Shown: positions 25,716-34,713, counted from the stretch's first letter. The stretch is 64,000 nucleotides of DNA from an uncultured Candidatus Saccharibacteria bacterium (GCA_964510945.1 CAZEED010000002.1:80924-144923); one strand, 5' to 3'. Numbers and translations: made by a program. The notes: generated from the sequence alone by a model not told the origin.

Positions 25716-25724
25716 TGTTATAAT
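25716..25724 (+). promoter_or_regulatory. Extended -10 promoter element TGTTATAAT upstream of tRNA-Ser(GCU)
   Basis: CCTCTGTTATAAT lies 35 nt upstream of the tRNA. The same 13-mer core recurs at 26054-26067 and, as CCTCTGTTATAT, at 17674-17685. Confidence 0.6.
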
Positions 25725-25759
25725 GGCGAAAGCCTTTGCAATATTTGCAGATAAAATCC

Positions 25760-25852
25760 GGAGAGGTACCCAAGTGGCTGAAGGGGACGGTTTGCTAAAT
25801 CGTTAGTGGGGCGCAAGTTCCAGCGAGGGTTCGAATCCCTCCCTCTCCGCCA
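25760..25852 (+). tRNA. tRNA-Ser (anticodon GCU), CCA encoded
   Basis: Acceptor GGAGAGG/CCTCTCC, anticodon arm ACGGT-TTGCTAA-ATCGT, long variable arm, T-arm GAGGG-TTCGAAT-CCCTC. Confidence 0.9.
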
Positions 25853-25857
25853 AAAAA

Positions 25858-25892
25858 ACGACCGCACTCATATTTTGAGTGGGGTCGTTTTT
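25858..25892. terminator. Rho-independent terminator after tRNA-Ser(GCU), bidirectional in form
   Basis: 13-bp stem ACGACCGCACTCA/TGAGTGGGGTCGT with one mismatch. A-run upstream and T-run downstream. Confidence 0.8.
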
Positions 25893-25901
25893 ACGAGAGC
25901 G

Positions 25902-26033
25902 AGAGTTCAAAGCCAACTGCTTGGCTTTGAAGGGATTCGAACAGTCGGAACGTAGTTTGCCGGTACTCGGCAAACCGTGAGACGAGCTCATGAGCAAATT
26001 ATGGAGTAATTTGACTTGGGAGTCGTATATCCC
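25902..26033. ncRNA. Candidate structured RNA / tRNA-linked repeat, copy S-B (132 nt)
   Basis: See copy S-A. The only differences (GCAAAGC versus ATGGAGT within CAAATT...AATTTG) keep the hairpin paired. Confidence 0.55.
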
Positions 26034-26058
26034 GACACTATAAATAGGCTTAGGCCTC

Positions 26059-26067
26059 TGTTATAAT
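26059..26067 (+). promoter_or_regulatory. Extended -10 promoter element TGTTATAAT upstream of tRNA-Ser(UGA)
   Basis: GGCCTCTGTTATAAT ends 11 nt before the tRNA 5-prime end. Confidence 0.65.
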
Positions 26068-26078
26068 TCATGAGTCAT

Positions 26079-26168
26079 GGAGAGGTGCCCGAGTGGTTGA
26101 AGGGACCGGTCTTGAAAACCGGCAGGCCCGCAAGGGTCTCGTGGGTTCGAATCCCACCCTCTCCGCCA
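26079..26168 (+). tRNA. tRNA-Ser (anticodon UGA), CCA encoded
   Basis: Acceptor GGAGAGG/CCTCTCC, anticodon arm CCGGT-CTTGAAA-ACCGG, long variable arm, T-arm GTGGG-TTCGAAT-CCCAC. Confidence 0.9.
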
Positions 26169-26197
26169 TCCTTGGTAGCGAAGCCATCTAGGCTTAG

Positions 26198-27247
26198 TTA
26201 TGAAGGATTTTTTTGATCAAGATTTAATGGTGTTTTGTTTTCTACTGGTATTTTCGGCTTTAGTCTATTAATGAAGATTGTGAAGATAATAACGCCTATT
26301 ACGCCGATTATTAACAGAGTAATTCCAGAATTTTGCAAAATCCGTGCCCAGTCTGAGAAGATGGTTTCTGCTAGTTTTTTGAGCGACTCTATCGGTGCTT
26401 GGCTAGAGTTGTCACTGGTGGTTGGCATTAGATTGCTGATTGAAAATCTTAACATTATGGCTGAAATAGTCAGAAAGACCCCTGTAATTAGTAGAGTCAC
26501 ACTCCCCTTTCTGGCTCCATGAAGTTTCGTTTTGCTCAGCATTACAACCCCAACCAAACTGATAATCAGCAATATAAATGCGTAGGGAAAGATCTTTTCA
26601 ACAAGTTGAAAAAGTTTAGGTATAGTCTCTGGCGTGTTCTCGTTAATTGGCGCCGAAAAGCCCAGATCCTCGGCTTCTTTATTAGTTAGGCTCCCATCGC
26701 TGGTTGTGCTGTCAGAGAACACATCGTTATTGAGGTTAGCTTGGTCAATTGCTTCATCAATTAATTGATTAACGTTAGTACCGCTTGGGATGCAGTCAAT
26801 ATTACTGATATCTTCAAGATTAGGGATCTGCCCGTAGGCACAAGTTGGGAGTGTTTTGGCTCGCACTTTCAAAGCCTTAGAATACGTACTAACGAAAGAA
26901 TCTTTAATCTTGTCGATATTAATAACTATTTTCGGTGTTTTTGTCTCTCCGTTAAGCCAAGCGTAGCTGGCATCAATAACAGGATTGGCAATCTTTTGAA
27001 TATTTTCTGGTGAGGCTGCGGTCGCGATGGATTTGGCTAATAATTTGTTACTGGGATCATCTTTGGTGGCCTGTTTGACAATAATTTTGCTTGTCTCTAT
27101 ATATAGACCTGATTCAGTAATAGAATTTGCTAGATATTCCTTGTCGCCAATCGTGTGATGAAAGCTATATACAAACACTAATGTGTAAATCGCCGGTGCT
27201 AAAAGCCCAACAGACAAAATTAAACCGATTTTTTTCAGGATATTCAC
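26198..27247 (-). CDS. Hypothetical membrane protein (N-terminal anchor, ~200-aa ectodomain, C-terminal multi-TM region)
   Basis: 349-aa ORF with a GTG start. No motif. Confidence 0.6.
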   Translation of the reverse strand: MNILKKIGLILSVGLLAPAIYTLVFVYSFHHTIGDKEYLANSITESGLYIETSKIIVKQATKDDPSNKLLAKSIATAASPENIQKIANPVIDASYAWLNGETKTPKIVINIDKIKDSFVSTYSKALKVRAKTLPTCAYGQIPNLEDISNIDCIPSGTNVNQLIDEAIDQANLNNDVFSDSTTSDGSLTNKEAEDLGFSAPINENTPETIPKLFQLVEKIFPYAFILLIISLVGVVMLSKTKLHGARKGSVTLLITGVFLTISAIMLRFSISNLMPTTSDNSSQAPIESLKKLAETIFSDWARILQNSGITLLIIGVIGVIIFTIFINRLKPKIPVENKTPLNLDQKNPS

Positions 27248-27358
27248 TATGTCCTTGATTATACCTTAAGCGAAAAAGTACTTGTATATTTTTGTAATTT
27301 GTGCTAATATAGTGTTGTTAAACAATAAAAAACAAAAAAACTAAACAAGGAAAAAATC

Positions 27359-28336
27359 ATGAGCGAACGAGCACCAAAACTAGAGCAAGCACCAAAATCA
27401 AAGCCGGAAGGACGTGTCGCTAGACATCTCGGACGTTTAGCACATAGAATTAAAACTGGCGAAACTCCAGAGCAAACTTCTGCTCGAGGTATGGCTCAAA
27501 TTCGTGCCGAACAAGATGCTAGGAGTGATGAAGTTAGACGCAAAGGATCAGAAGCCCGAAAAAGTGTTACTGCATCAGCTGAAGCAATTAAAGATAAGCT
27601 ATATGGCAAAAAACTAAAAGGTCTACGTGATGCGCTTGCTTCAAGGGTTTCCGAGGAGTCTGCTGTAGTAGTAGATAAGGCATCGGAGCGTATAACTAAT
27701 AGAATAGAGAAGAAAATGAAGCCTGAAACGGAGATAATTGGTAGCAGTAAAGAATGGGGCATGGGTTTAGAAGATGAATGGAAAGCTCAATATGCACCAA
27801 CTGAACATTCTGTACGAAGTGAAGCCGCCCGAGTAGAAGCCGAACAAGAGTCAGTAGCGAGCGAGTTTGGTGTACTAGCTGGCTTGGCTGAGAGATCAGT
27901 CAAGGGTGGTAAACCAACTGGTACAGTTATAGGCCAACATGAGACTCCTGAATCTAAAGCTGCAAGAATGAAAGGCGATTATTTTGGTGGCCCACCACTT
28001 GAAGGTCAATATGGATGGAGCGGTGAGTCGGTCGACTTGATCTATGAAGCATTAGGTGCAGAGCGCCCTAGGGGCATGACTGAAGAAAAGCGTATCGCTG
28101 AACGTAAAAAACACTCAGTTGCAGCCGTGGAAACAGTTACTCCTTCAGGTGTTAGAATAGTAGAAACTTGGAGAATTGGACAAAGAGGTGATGAATACGC
28201 ACCAGTAGATGATTACACGGATGCAGGAACTAAACCTATAACAAATATGCATGGCGCAAAGATTGATGGCGAGATACACCACATTAACTTCTATCCTCCA
28301 AAACCACCAGAAGCTGAACAAGCTCCTGCCGCATAG
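27359..28336 (+). CDS. Hypothetical charged soluble protein
   Basis: 325-aa ORF with SD-like AAGGA upstream and a terminator downstream. Confidence 0.6.
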   Translation: MSERAPKLEQAPKSKPEGRVARHLGRLAHRIKTGETPEQTSARGMAQIRAEQDARSDEVRRKGSEARKSVTASAEAIKDKLYGKKLKGLRDALASRVSEESAVVVDKASERITNRIEKKMKPETEIIGSSKEWGMGLEDEWKAQYAPTEHSVRSEAARVEAEQESVASEFGVLAGLAERSVKGGKPTGTVIGQHETPESKAARMKGDYFGGPPLEGQYGWSGESVDLIYEALGAERPRGMTEEKRIAERKKHSVAAVETVTPSGVRIVETWRIGQRGDEYAPVDDYTDAGTKPITNMHGAKIDGEIHHINFYPPKPPEAEQAPAA

Positions 28337-28356
28337 AGAGTCTGTGTTAATTAAAT

Positions 28357-28381
28357 AGACGTCCGAGAGGGCGTCTTTTTA
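28357..28381 (+). terminator. Rho-independent terminator
   Basis: AGACGTCC-gaga-GGGCGTCT followed by TTTTT. Confidence 0.8.
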
Positions 28382-28410
28382 ATACCTGCACAATGTTATA
28401 ATTTCAATCA

Positions 28411-28806
28411 ATGGCAGATTCGATATTTACCAAGATTATAAAGGGGGAGATTCCTTGTCATAAGCTGTATGAAGATGACAAGACTATCGCTTTTTTGGAT
28501 ATTCATCCTATTGCTGATGGTCATACGTTGATTGTGCCTAAAAAACAGATTGAATTTGTCTGGGATTTGCCTAACGAGGATTACCAGGCTGTGATGAAAA
28601 CGACCAAAATTGTTGCCCTAAGGCTCCGAGAGGTACTTCCCTTCACCTTCGTTAGTGAGCGAATTGTTGGTGTTGATGTACCACACGCGCACGTCCAGTT
28701 AATCCCTTTTAATCATTCGGATGAACTAAGCCGACAGCAAGATATGAGCTCTGAGCCCGATCATGAGGCTTTGGCTAAAATAGCAGAACGACTCAAGATT
28801 AGTTAA
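28411..28806 (+). CDS. HIT-family (histidine triad) nucleotide hydrolase/transferase, with a variant triad
   Basis: The N-terminus ADSIFTKIIKGEIPCHKLYEDDKTIAFLDIHP is typical of Hint-like proteins. The triad region reads VPHAHVQLIPF (H-x-H-x-Q rather than H-x-H-x-H). Confidence 0.8.
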   Translation: MADSIFTKIIKGEIPCHKLYEDDKTIAFLDIHPIADGHTLIVPKKQIEFVWDLPNEDYQAVMKTTKIVALRLREVLPFTFVSERIVGVDVPHAHVQLIPFNHSDELSRQQDMSSEPDHEALAKIAERLKIS

Positions 28807-28884
28807 ATCCCTAAAAGCCGATGCCCGCTAACCCAAAGAAGCACAATATTCCACTATACCTAATGTAAGTGGTAGTATATTGAT

Positions 28885-29067
28885 ATGTCTAATGGATTAG
28901 TCGCATTTATGTTAGGAGCTGGGGCTGGGGCTTGGGTTTACTCTGTAATGATGAAGCGAACAGGTAGCAATACTACTAACTCTTTGGTTGTGGCAGGGAT
29001 AGCGGGGTTGTTTGGGTTTGTGGCAATGCTAGTCCTACTGTCTTTTATAAAAAATATGCTTGGCTAG
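28885..29067 (+). CDS. Small two-helix membrane protein
   Basis: 60-aa ORF, Gly/Ala-rich helices. Confidence 0.4.
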   Translation: MSNGLVAFMLGAGAGAWVYSVMMKRTGSNTTNSLVVAGIAGLFGFVAMLVLLSFIKNMLG

Positions 29068-29123
29068 CATTAAAGCGCTAATAATACTTCCCTCTCAATA
29101 CAAAAACTAGTATTATATGGTTA

Positions 29124-29984
29124 ATGGATAATGTGGGTGAACAGCAAGTGGTTGAGAAATTTGGCAAACGTTTGCAAGAAGCGCGCCAGCAAGCGGGACT
29201 AACCCAGCAAGATTTATGTGATCAGGCCGATTTGTCATATTCTACGTTGGCAAAGATTGAGCGTGGGGCAATTAAATCTCCATCGGTTTTTACTGTCGAG
29301 AAGATTGCCGATGTTATTGGCGTAACCGTTGACAGCCTACTAGGTAGGCAATCTGAAGTGACAACAGCTGAAAAAAAGATTTCAAAGAGTGGAATAAGAT
29401 TTGTGTACTTTGATATTAACGGTTGTTTGGTGCGGTTTTTTCACCGAGCATTTACGCAACTGGCAGAAGAATCTGGTGTGTCACTAGAAAAGATCGAATC
29501 TGTATTCTGGCGTTATAACGATCAGATTAACAGAGGTGAGATGACTATGGACGAGTTTAACAAGCTTCTTGCTACTCATCTTGGGAAAGATAATGTCGCT
29601 TGGCAGGACTACTACCTAGATGCGGTTGATCCAATTAAGGAAATGCACGAATTAGTAAATTGGGCTCATGAACATTACAAGATTGGTCTATGTAGCAACA
29701 GTATGCCTGGGATAATCGATAACTTACTTGAAAAAGATCTAATCCCCGATATTGATTACGATGTAGTTATCGATAGCTCGGAAGTCCATTCAATAAAGCC
29801 AGAAAAAAAGATTTATGAAATAGCAGAAGAAAAAGCCGGTGTGAAGCCGGATGAAATACTGCTGATAGACGATACTAGAGCCAATCTGATGGCCGCAGAG
29901 CGTATGGACTGGAAAGTGCTTTGGTTTGATGATTATCGCGCGTCAGACAGCGTAGAACGCGTCAAACAAGTACTCGAGTTCTAG
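29124..29984 (+). CDS. XRE-type helix-turn-helix domain fused to a HAD-superfamily hydrolase-like domain
   Basis: HTH: FGKRLQEARQQAGLTQQDLCDQADLSYSTLAKIERG. HAD motifs: I VYFDINGCL (D-x-N instead of D-x-D), II GLCSNS, III HSIKPEKK, IV LLIDDTRANL. Confidence 0.7.
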   Translation: MDNVGEQQVVEKFGKRLQEARQQAGLTQQDLCDQADLSYSTLAKIERGAIKSPSVFTVEKIADVIGVTVDSLLGRQSEVTTAEKKISKSGIRFVYFDINGCLVRFFHRAFTQLAEESGVSLEKIESVFWRYNDQINRGEMTMDEFNKLLATHLGKDNVAWQDYYLDAVDPIKEMHELVNWAHEHYKIGLCSNSMPGIIDNLLEKDLIPDIDYDVVIDSSEVHSIKPEKKIYEIAEEKAGVKPDEILLIDDTRANLMAAERMDWKVLWFDDYRASDSVERVKQVLEF

Positions 29985-31249
29985 GCAGCTATTTTTTCTC
30001 TCTTATCAGCTCGACGATCACTGCGTGCTTTGCGACGTTCTGCTTGTTGTAATTGTCGACGAGCAGCTCTGTTGGCAGCTTTCTTTGGTTCTCTGGTACG
30101 AGTGAGTTTACTTAACGCCATAAAGCCACCCATCAAAACAGCGGCCATTACTTCGGGATTTAGGTCTCCTCCGTATTCTTCGGTTTGTTCGGTTCTGACA
30201 TAGCGAGTTCGGGGAACGTTACGCACAACTTCTTTTGTTCCTTCGAGCTGCAGTTCTGATACACGACCGCGGGCCAACTCTTGGTCTAGTTCTTGGCCAC
30301 GCAACGAATCAATTTGATCTTGTGTTAGAACAACTTCTTCGCCATCAATTCGTGGATCAACTAGCACGGTAAAACCATGCTCATGCAGTACGTCAGACAG
30401 GGCTCGAGCGGCTATCATTGCTCGTGCAAGATAAAGTGTACGTTGCTCGGGGTCTAGCTTTCCTAGTGTGCCATTAAACTCATCACTAGCCCGTCCAAAT
30501 GCTCCAAAAGAAGTAACAGTAAATCTATTAGGGTTACCTAGATTACTAACAAGTTCTTCGGCTGCATCGTGGGCTAACTGGTATTCTTCACCAGTAAGTG
30601 AAAGATCAGTTGCAACAGGGTTTGATTCTGAATTAGCAGTAGTATATGTATTATTACGTTGCACTTGGCGTTCTTGAACGCGTCTCTCTTGAGTTACTAC
30701 ACGAGTTGTCTCAAAAGGAGAGCGTTCAGGTATGCCGGGAATTAATTCACGTAGGTTTCTGACGAATGGCGTGTTTGCGCCTAGACTGCCTGGAAGGAAA
30801 GATCTATCGTGTGAAGTCACATCTTCAATCGAAGCCGGCACATTAGTTCTATTCTCTTGTAAATCGGCATCAGTTTCAAATAGCCCCAACATGGAACCGG
30901 CAGTTAATGCAGCACTGGCAGCTACAGCACCCATGTAGCGACGAACTCTACGACCCCTAGAAAGCCTCCATCGACGTTCTGCAAGCGAAGTTGTGTCGTC
31001 TAAAAGGCTATCCTCTTCTGGTGTTGTCGGTTCTTCACTGTAACGTTTTACACGTGCATTACGAGTGTGATCGTGTATGGCGTCTATTTCCTTTGGACCA
31101 TGTAGTGCAACTACTACTGTTTTCGGATCAATCATGTCTACTGTCAATCCACGTTCTTGCATGTATGCATTGGCTGACTCAAGAAGCTCGGTAGCATTAA
31201 GAGTATTTGGGGTCTGTTTCGCTGGTCTTTCTTGAATTACAGTTGTCAT
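29981..31249 (-). CDS. Hypothetical membrane protein with a basic C-terminal tail
   Basis: 422 aa with a central TM (AVAASAALTAGSMLGLF) and a C-terminal TM plus an R/K-rich tail. There is a weak OmpA-C-like resemblance (GRASDEFNGTLGKLDPEQRTLYLARAMIAARAL) that I do not trust. Confidence 0.55.
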   Translation of the reverse strand: MTTVIQERPAKQTPNTLNATELLESANAYMQERGLTVDMIDPKTVVVALHGPKEIDAIHDHTRNARVKRYSEEPTTPEEDSLLDDTTSLAERRWRLSRGRRVRRYMGAVAASAALTAGSMLGLFETDADLQENRTNVPASIEDVTSHDRSFLPGSLGANTPFVRNLRELIPGIPERSPFETTRVVTQERRVQERQVQRNNTYTTANSESNPVATDLSLTGEEYQLAHDAAEELVSNLGNPNRFTVTSFGAFGRASDEFNGTLGKLDPEQRTLYLARAMIAARALSDVLHEHGFTVLVDPRIDGEEVVLTQDQIDSLRGQELDQELARGRVSELQLEGTKEVVRNVPRTRYVRTEQTEEYGGDLNPEVMAAVLMGGFMALSKLTRTREPKKAANRAARRQLQQAERRKARSDRRADKREKIAA

Positions 31250-31342
31250 AATTCACTATATACTAACATAAACATATGCATTATGTCAATGATATTGTAT
31301 AGTCTACTTGAGTTTTTAGTGGGGTGAGATTTACTGGAGTAA

Positions 31343-31771
31343 TTAGTTAGTATTTGTTATTCCTAGTGTTAATGCAGTGATAGGAAACAGCCAATTTTCG
31401 TTTCCGTCATGGCCGAGATTAGAGTTTGGTCTAGATCTTTGTGTTAGTGCCTCAATAAGAAGATGGTCGTCTTCGCGTTGTTGCTGAGCCGCATTTAATA
31501 ATTGTTTTGTGTCTGTCATTAGACCAACTTCTGATCCTAAAACTAAATCGACACAACTATGTGATTTATGAAGTCGTCCCATATCTTTAGGCAACAGCAG
31601 TTCTTGACCGAATCTAACTGCCAAACCGCCCAATCTATTAACAGGAACATCACGCAATATTTCTTCTGCATTGTAGTGGTTGAATTGCCAAACTTTAACA
31701 GGATTATTGTAAACGTTTTCCGCCCATTCTGAACTAATTCTTCCGGTTAAAAATTCAACTGGTTCATCCAT
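31343..31771 (-). CDS. Hypothetical protein
   Basis: 142-aa ORF. No motif. Confidence 0.45.
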   Translation of the reverse strand: MDEPVEFLTGRISSEWAENVYNNPVKVWQFNHYNAEEILRDVPVNRLGGLAVRFGQELLLPKDMGRLHKSHSCVDLVLGSEVGLMTDTKQLLNAAQQQREDDHLLIEALTQRSRPNSNLGHDGNENWLFPITALTLGITNTN

Positions 31772-31863
31772 TGCATACTCCTTTATATATCGTTAAGATT
31801 ACGCGTTGTTGAAATATTTGCAAGCACAAGCAAAATGTGGTGCTTTCGATGAAAAAAAGCTAG

Positions 31864-34425
31864 CTAATCGAGTTTTTTGGATTCTGATTGGAGTTTTTCT
31901 AGAGTGGTTTTGGTTTGAGATAGTTCGTCTTTTGTCTGGCTTACTACTTGTTCAGGAGCATTATCGACGTATGATTTGTTAGATAGCCTTTTTTCTAGGG
32001 CTTTTATGCGATCTTGTGCTTCGCTAATTTTATCCTCTAGTTCATCTTTATAGGCATCTAATTTTTCATCAGATACGTCTAGCCAAACATCAAGAGCATC
32101 ACTTACTACTTTTAGACCACTTCCCTGCTTTACATTCTCAATTGATCCGAGTCCTGCTAGTTGCGTTATTAAATCGCTGTTTTCCTCAATTAATATGTTG
32201 TTTTGGTGTTGAAGTACAGGTTTTTTTAGCTTCAATGCCGTTTTGAGCTGGCGAATTTCAGTTACTAGATTTTGAATATCAGAGAATTGTTTTGCGGAGT
32301 CATTATTAGATTCTGGAGCGATAGGCCAACTTTCAATTGCCAATACTGATTTTTCATTTTCGTGAAAATTTTGCCAGATTGATTCTGTTAAAAATGGGGC
32401 AAATGGGTGTGCAAGCTTTAGGATTGTAAAAAGACTCTCTTTTAATAACGGAACGTTCGGAGACGATTTTGAAGCTTCGATGTACCAATCCGCAAAGTCA
32501 TCCCACACCAAATGATAGAGATTATCATAGGCGCTAGCATAGCGGTGGTTCTCTAAATCTTTGCTAATCGCCTCTGTAGAGTGTTGTAACTTGCTCAACA
32601 TCCAATGATCGGCGATTGTTGAGGGTTTTGGTTCTGGTGAACCATTGCCAGAGTCATCAACTTTATCTTCGATGAACCGTGCGATGTTCCATAGCTTATT
32701 GCAAAAGTTTCGGGCACCGACAATTTTGCTCTCGTCGTATGGTCGGTTATTCCCTGCCGCTTCATCTGCGATGATGCCCATTCTGAAGGCATCTGATCCA
32801 TATTGATCAACTTTAATTTGTGGGTCGACGGTATTGCCCTTACTCTTACTCATTTTGGCACCGTGTTCGTCCTGAATCAGGCCGTGAAGATAGACTTCTT
32901 TGAACGGAATCTCCCCTGTTACGTACAACCCCAACATTATCATACGGGACACCCAAGGGTATAGGATATCGGCGGCCGTCTCCATTAGGCTGAGCGGGTA
33001 GAATTCCTTAAAATAATCGTCATCTGGATAGCCGAGTGTGGCGTATGGCCAGCTAGAGCTCGAGAACCAGGTGTCAAATACATCTGGATCATGACGGTAA
33101 GTCTTATTCCCAATTTTGATCGTTTCTTGGTCTACCCTATCGTCAAAAATCCAGTCATCTGGCTCATCGATGTTCTGAAAGGCTGGGATTGGAATACCCC
33201 AAGCAATTTGGCGGCTAAGATTCCAATCTCGGATGCCTTCTAAATACAAGATTAGTTGGTCTTTTTTGTTGTCTGGATAGAATTTAATTTGGTTAGTTTT
33301 TAGGATCTGGATGGCACTTTTAGCGAGCGGCTTTACGTCAATAAACCATTGATCCCGTAGTAGCGGCTGAATCACTGTTCCGCACTTGTAACAGTGGCCA
33401 ACGCTGTGCTGATAAGGCTCTTCTTTGACTAGATACCCTTGTTTTTTAAGCTCACTAACAGTTGCTTTTCTGGCATCATCAACGGGTAGATTAATGTATG
33501 CTTCAGGTACCTCGTGATTCATGTTACCTTCAAAATCGACGACAGTAATCATCGGCAAATCGTGGCGAGTGGCGACTTCAAAGTCATTTTGATCATGCGC
33601 CGGCGTAATCTTAACTGCTCCTGTGCCAAACTCAGAATCAACCATGTCATCAGAAATTATTGGGATTTCACGATTTGTCAGGGGTAGTTTGATAGTTTTG
33701 CCTACAAATTTTGCGTATCTTTTATCTTTTGGATTAACGGCTACGGCTGTATCGCCAAACATTGTTTCTGGTCTGGTTGTAGCTACGACCAGTTCCCCGC
33801 TCTTATCTGTCAGCGGATAGCGGATGTGCCACAAATGGCTATCTTCGTTCTTGTACGATACCTCAATGTCAGCAAAACCAGTACCGTGATGTGTGCAGAA
33901 GTTTACGAGTCTCTCACCTCTGTAGATTAGCTTGTCGTCCCACATTTTTTTAAAGGTTTTGTAAGCACGATCAACGATTTTTTTATCAAGCGTATAAACG
34001 TACTGGCTCCAGTCTAGGCTGGCGCCAAGCTTACGAAATTGAGACTCGTAATTCTCTTTATTTTCTGCCACAAAATCCCAGATTTGTTGATATAACTCTT
34101 CTCGGGTGTAATCAAAGCGCGACTTCCCTTTTGAGGCTAGGTGTTTTTCGTAGACTACTTGGGTTTCGAATCCAGCATGGTCTGCCCCTGGGAGCATCAG
34201 GGTTGCCTCCCCTTTCATACGGTGATAACGAACGGCAATATCTTCGATCGCCAATGTTAGCCCATAGCCAATATGTAAGTTGGCGTTGGCGTTAGGCGGT
34301 GGAATTACAAGGCTATAAGAGTCGTCACTACCTCTGTTTTTGGGCACAAATGCTTTATGTTTCTCCCATAGAGTGTATATTTCTTTCTCTTGTTTGGCTG
34401 GTTCGTAAACCTTGTCTAACTTCAT
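31864..34425 (-). CDS. valS: Valine--tRNA ligase
   Basis: PPPNANANLHIGYG (HIGH region), TRPETMFGDTAVAVNPKD, GAKMSKSKGN, and a C-terminal coiled coil. Confidence 0.95.
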   Translation of the reverse strand: MKLDKVYEPAKQEKEIYTLWEKHKAFVPKNRGSDDSYSLVIPPPNANANLHIGYGLTLAIEDIAVRYHRMKGEATLMLPGADHAGFETQVVYEKHLASKGKSRFDYTREELYQQIWDFVAENKENYESQFRKLGASLDWSQYVYTLDKKIVDRAYKTFKKMWDDKLIYRGERLVNFCTHHGTGFADIEVSYKNEDSHLWHIRYPLTDKSGELVVATTRPETMFGDTAVAVNPKDKRYAKFVGKTIKLPLTNREIPIISDDMVDSEFGTGAVKITPAHDQNDFEVATRHDLPMITVVDFEGNMNHEVPEAYINLPVDDARKATVSELKKQGYLVKEEPYQHSVGHCYKCGTVIQPLLRDQWFIDVKPLAKSAIQILKTNQIKFYPDNKKDQLILYLEGIRDWNLSRQIAWGIPIPAFQNIDEPDDWIFDDRVDQETIKIGNKTYRHDPDVFDTWFSSSSWPYATLGYPDDDYFKEFYPLSLMETAADILYPWVSRMIMLGLYVTGEIPFKEVYLHGLIQDEHGAKMSKSKGNTVDPQIKVDQYGSDAFRMGIIADEAAGNNRPYDESKIVGARNFCNKLWNIARFIEDKVDDSGNGSPEPKPSTIADHWMLSKLQHSTEAISKDLENHRYASAYDNLYHLVWDDFADWYIEASKSSPNVPLLKESLFTILKLAHPFAPFLTESIWQNFHENEKSVLAIESWPIAPESNNDSAKQFSDIQNLVTEIRQLKTALKLKKPVLQHQNNILIEENSDLITQLAGLGSIENVKQGSGLKVVSDALDVWLDVSDEKLDAYKDELEDKISEAQDRIKALEKRLSNKSYVDNAPEQVVSQTKDELSQTKTTLEKLQSESKKLD

Positions 34426-34461
34426 TTAACTAGCGTATCACATCTGTTAGGGCTCTTAAAA

Positions 34462-34490
34462 TAAAAAAACCTCCTTAAAACTTAAGGGGT
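34462..34490 (-). terminator. Terminator-like hairpin plus T-run inside the valS leader (candidate attenuator)
   Basis: The minus strand reads CCCCTTAAG-tttt-AAGGAGG TTTTTTT about 40 nt upstream of the valS ATG. A TTGCGT-17 nt-TATAAT promoter lies at 34683-34655, upstream of it. Confidence 0.45.
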
Positions 34491-34713
34491 TTCACGTGAA
34501 AGAAGCACAAACTAATACAAGAACTTAATCTTAAAAGCCTTTCTACAAAATTTCCCACAACCAATAATTTTGTTTGAGCCGCCTACAAATAGGCCTATGT
34601 TCGATCTCCATGGTTCTTAGAGATAGTACCTTCACGCTTTTTGTTTTCATAAGCATTATACTACTAGCCTAACAGAGACGCAATATTGACAATACAATGC
34701 TAGTATTATACAG

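Noticed and set aside
29981-31249. OmpA-like peptidoglycan-binding domain in the 422-aa membrane protein.
   Set aside because: The resemblance rests on a single loose stretch (GRASDEFNGTLGKLDPEQRTLYLARA). It lacks the conserved N-x-x-L-S-x-x-R-A core spacing I would need to call it.
34426-34713. T-box riboswitch upstream of valS.
   Set aside because: There is no T-box sequence (AAnnnGGGTGGTACCGCG-like), no clear AGAGA/GNUGNA stem I elements and no obvious GUN specifier loop. Only a generic leader-plus-terminator call is retained.
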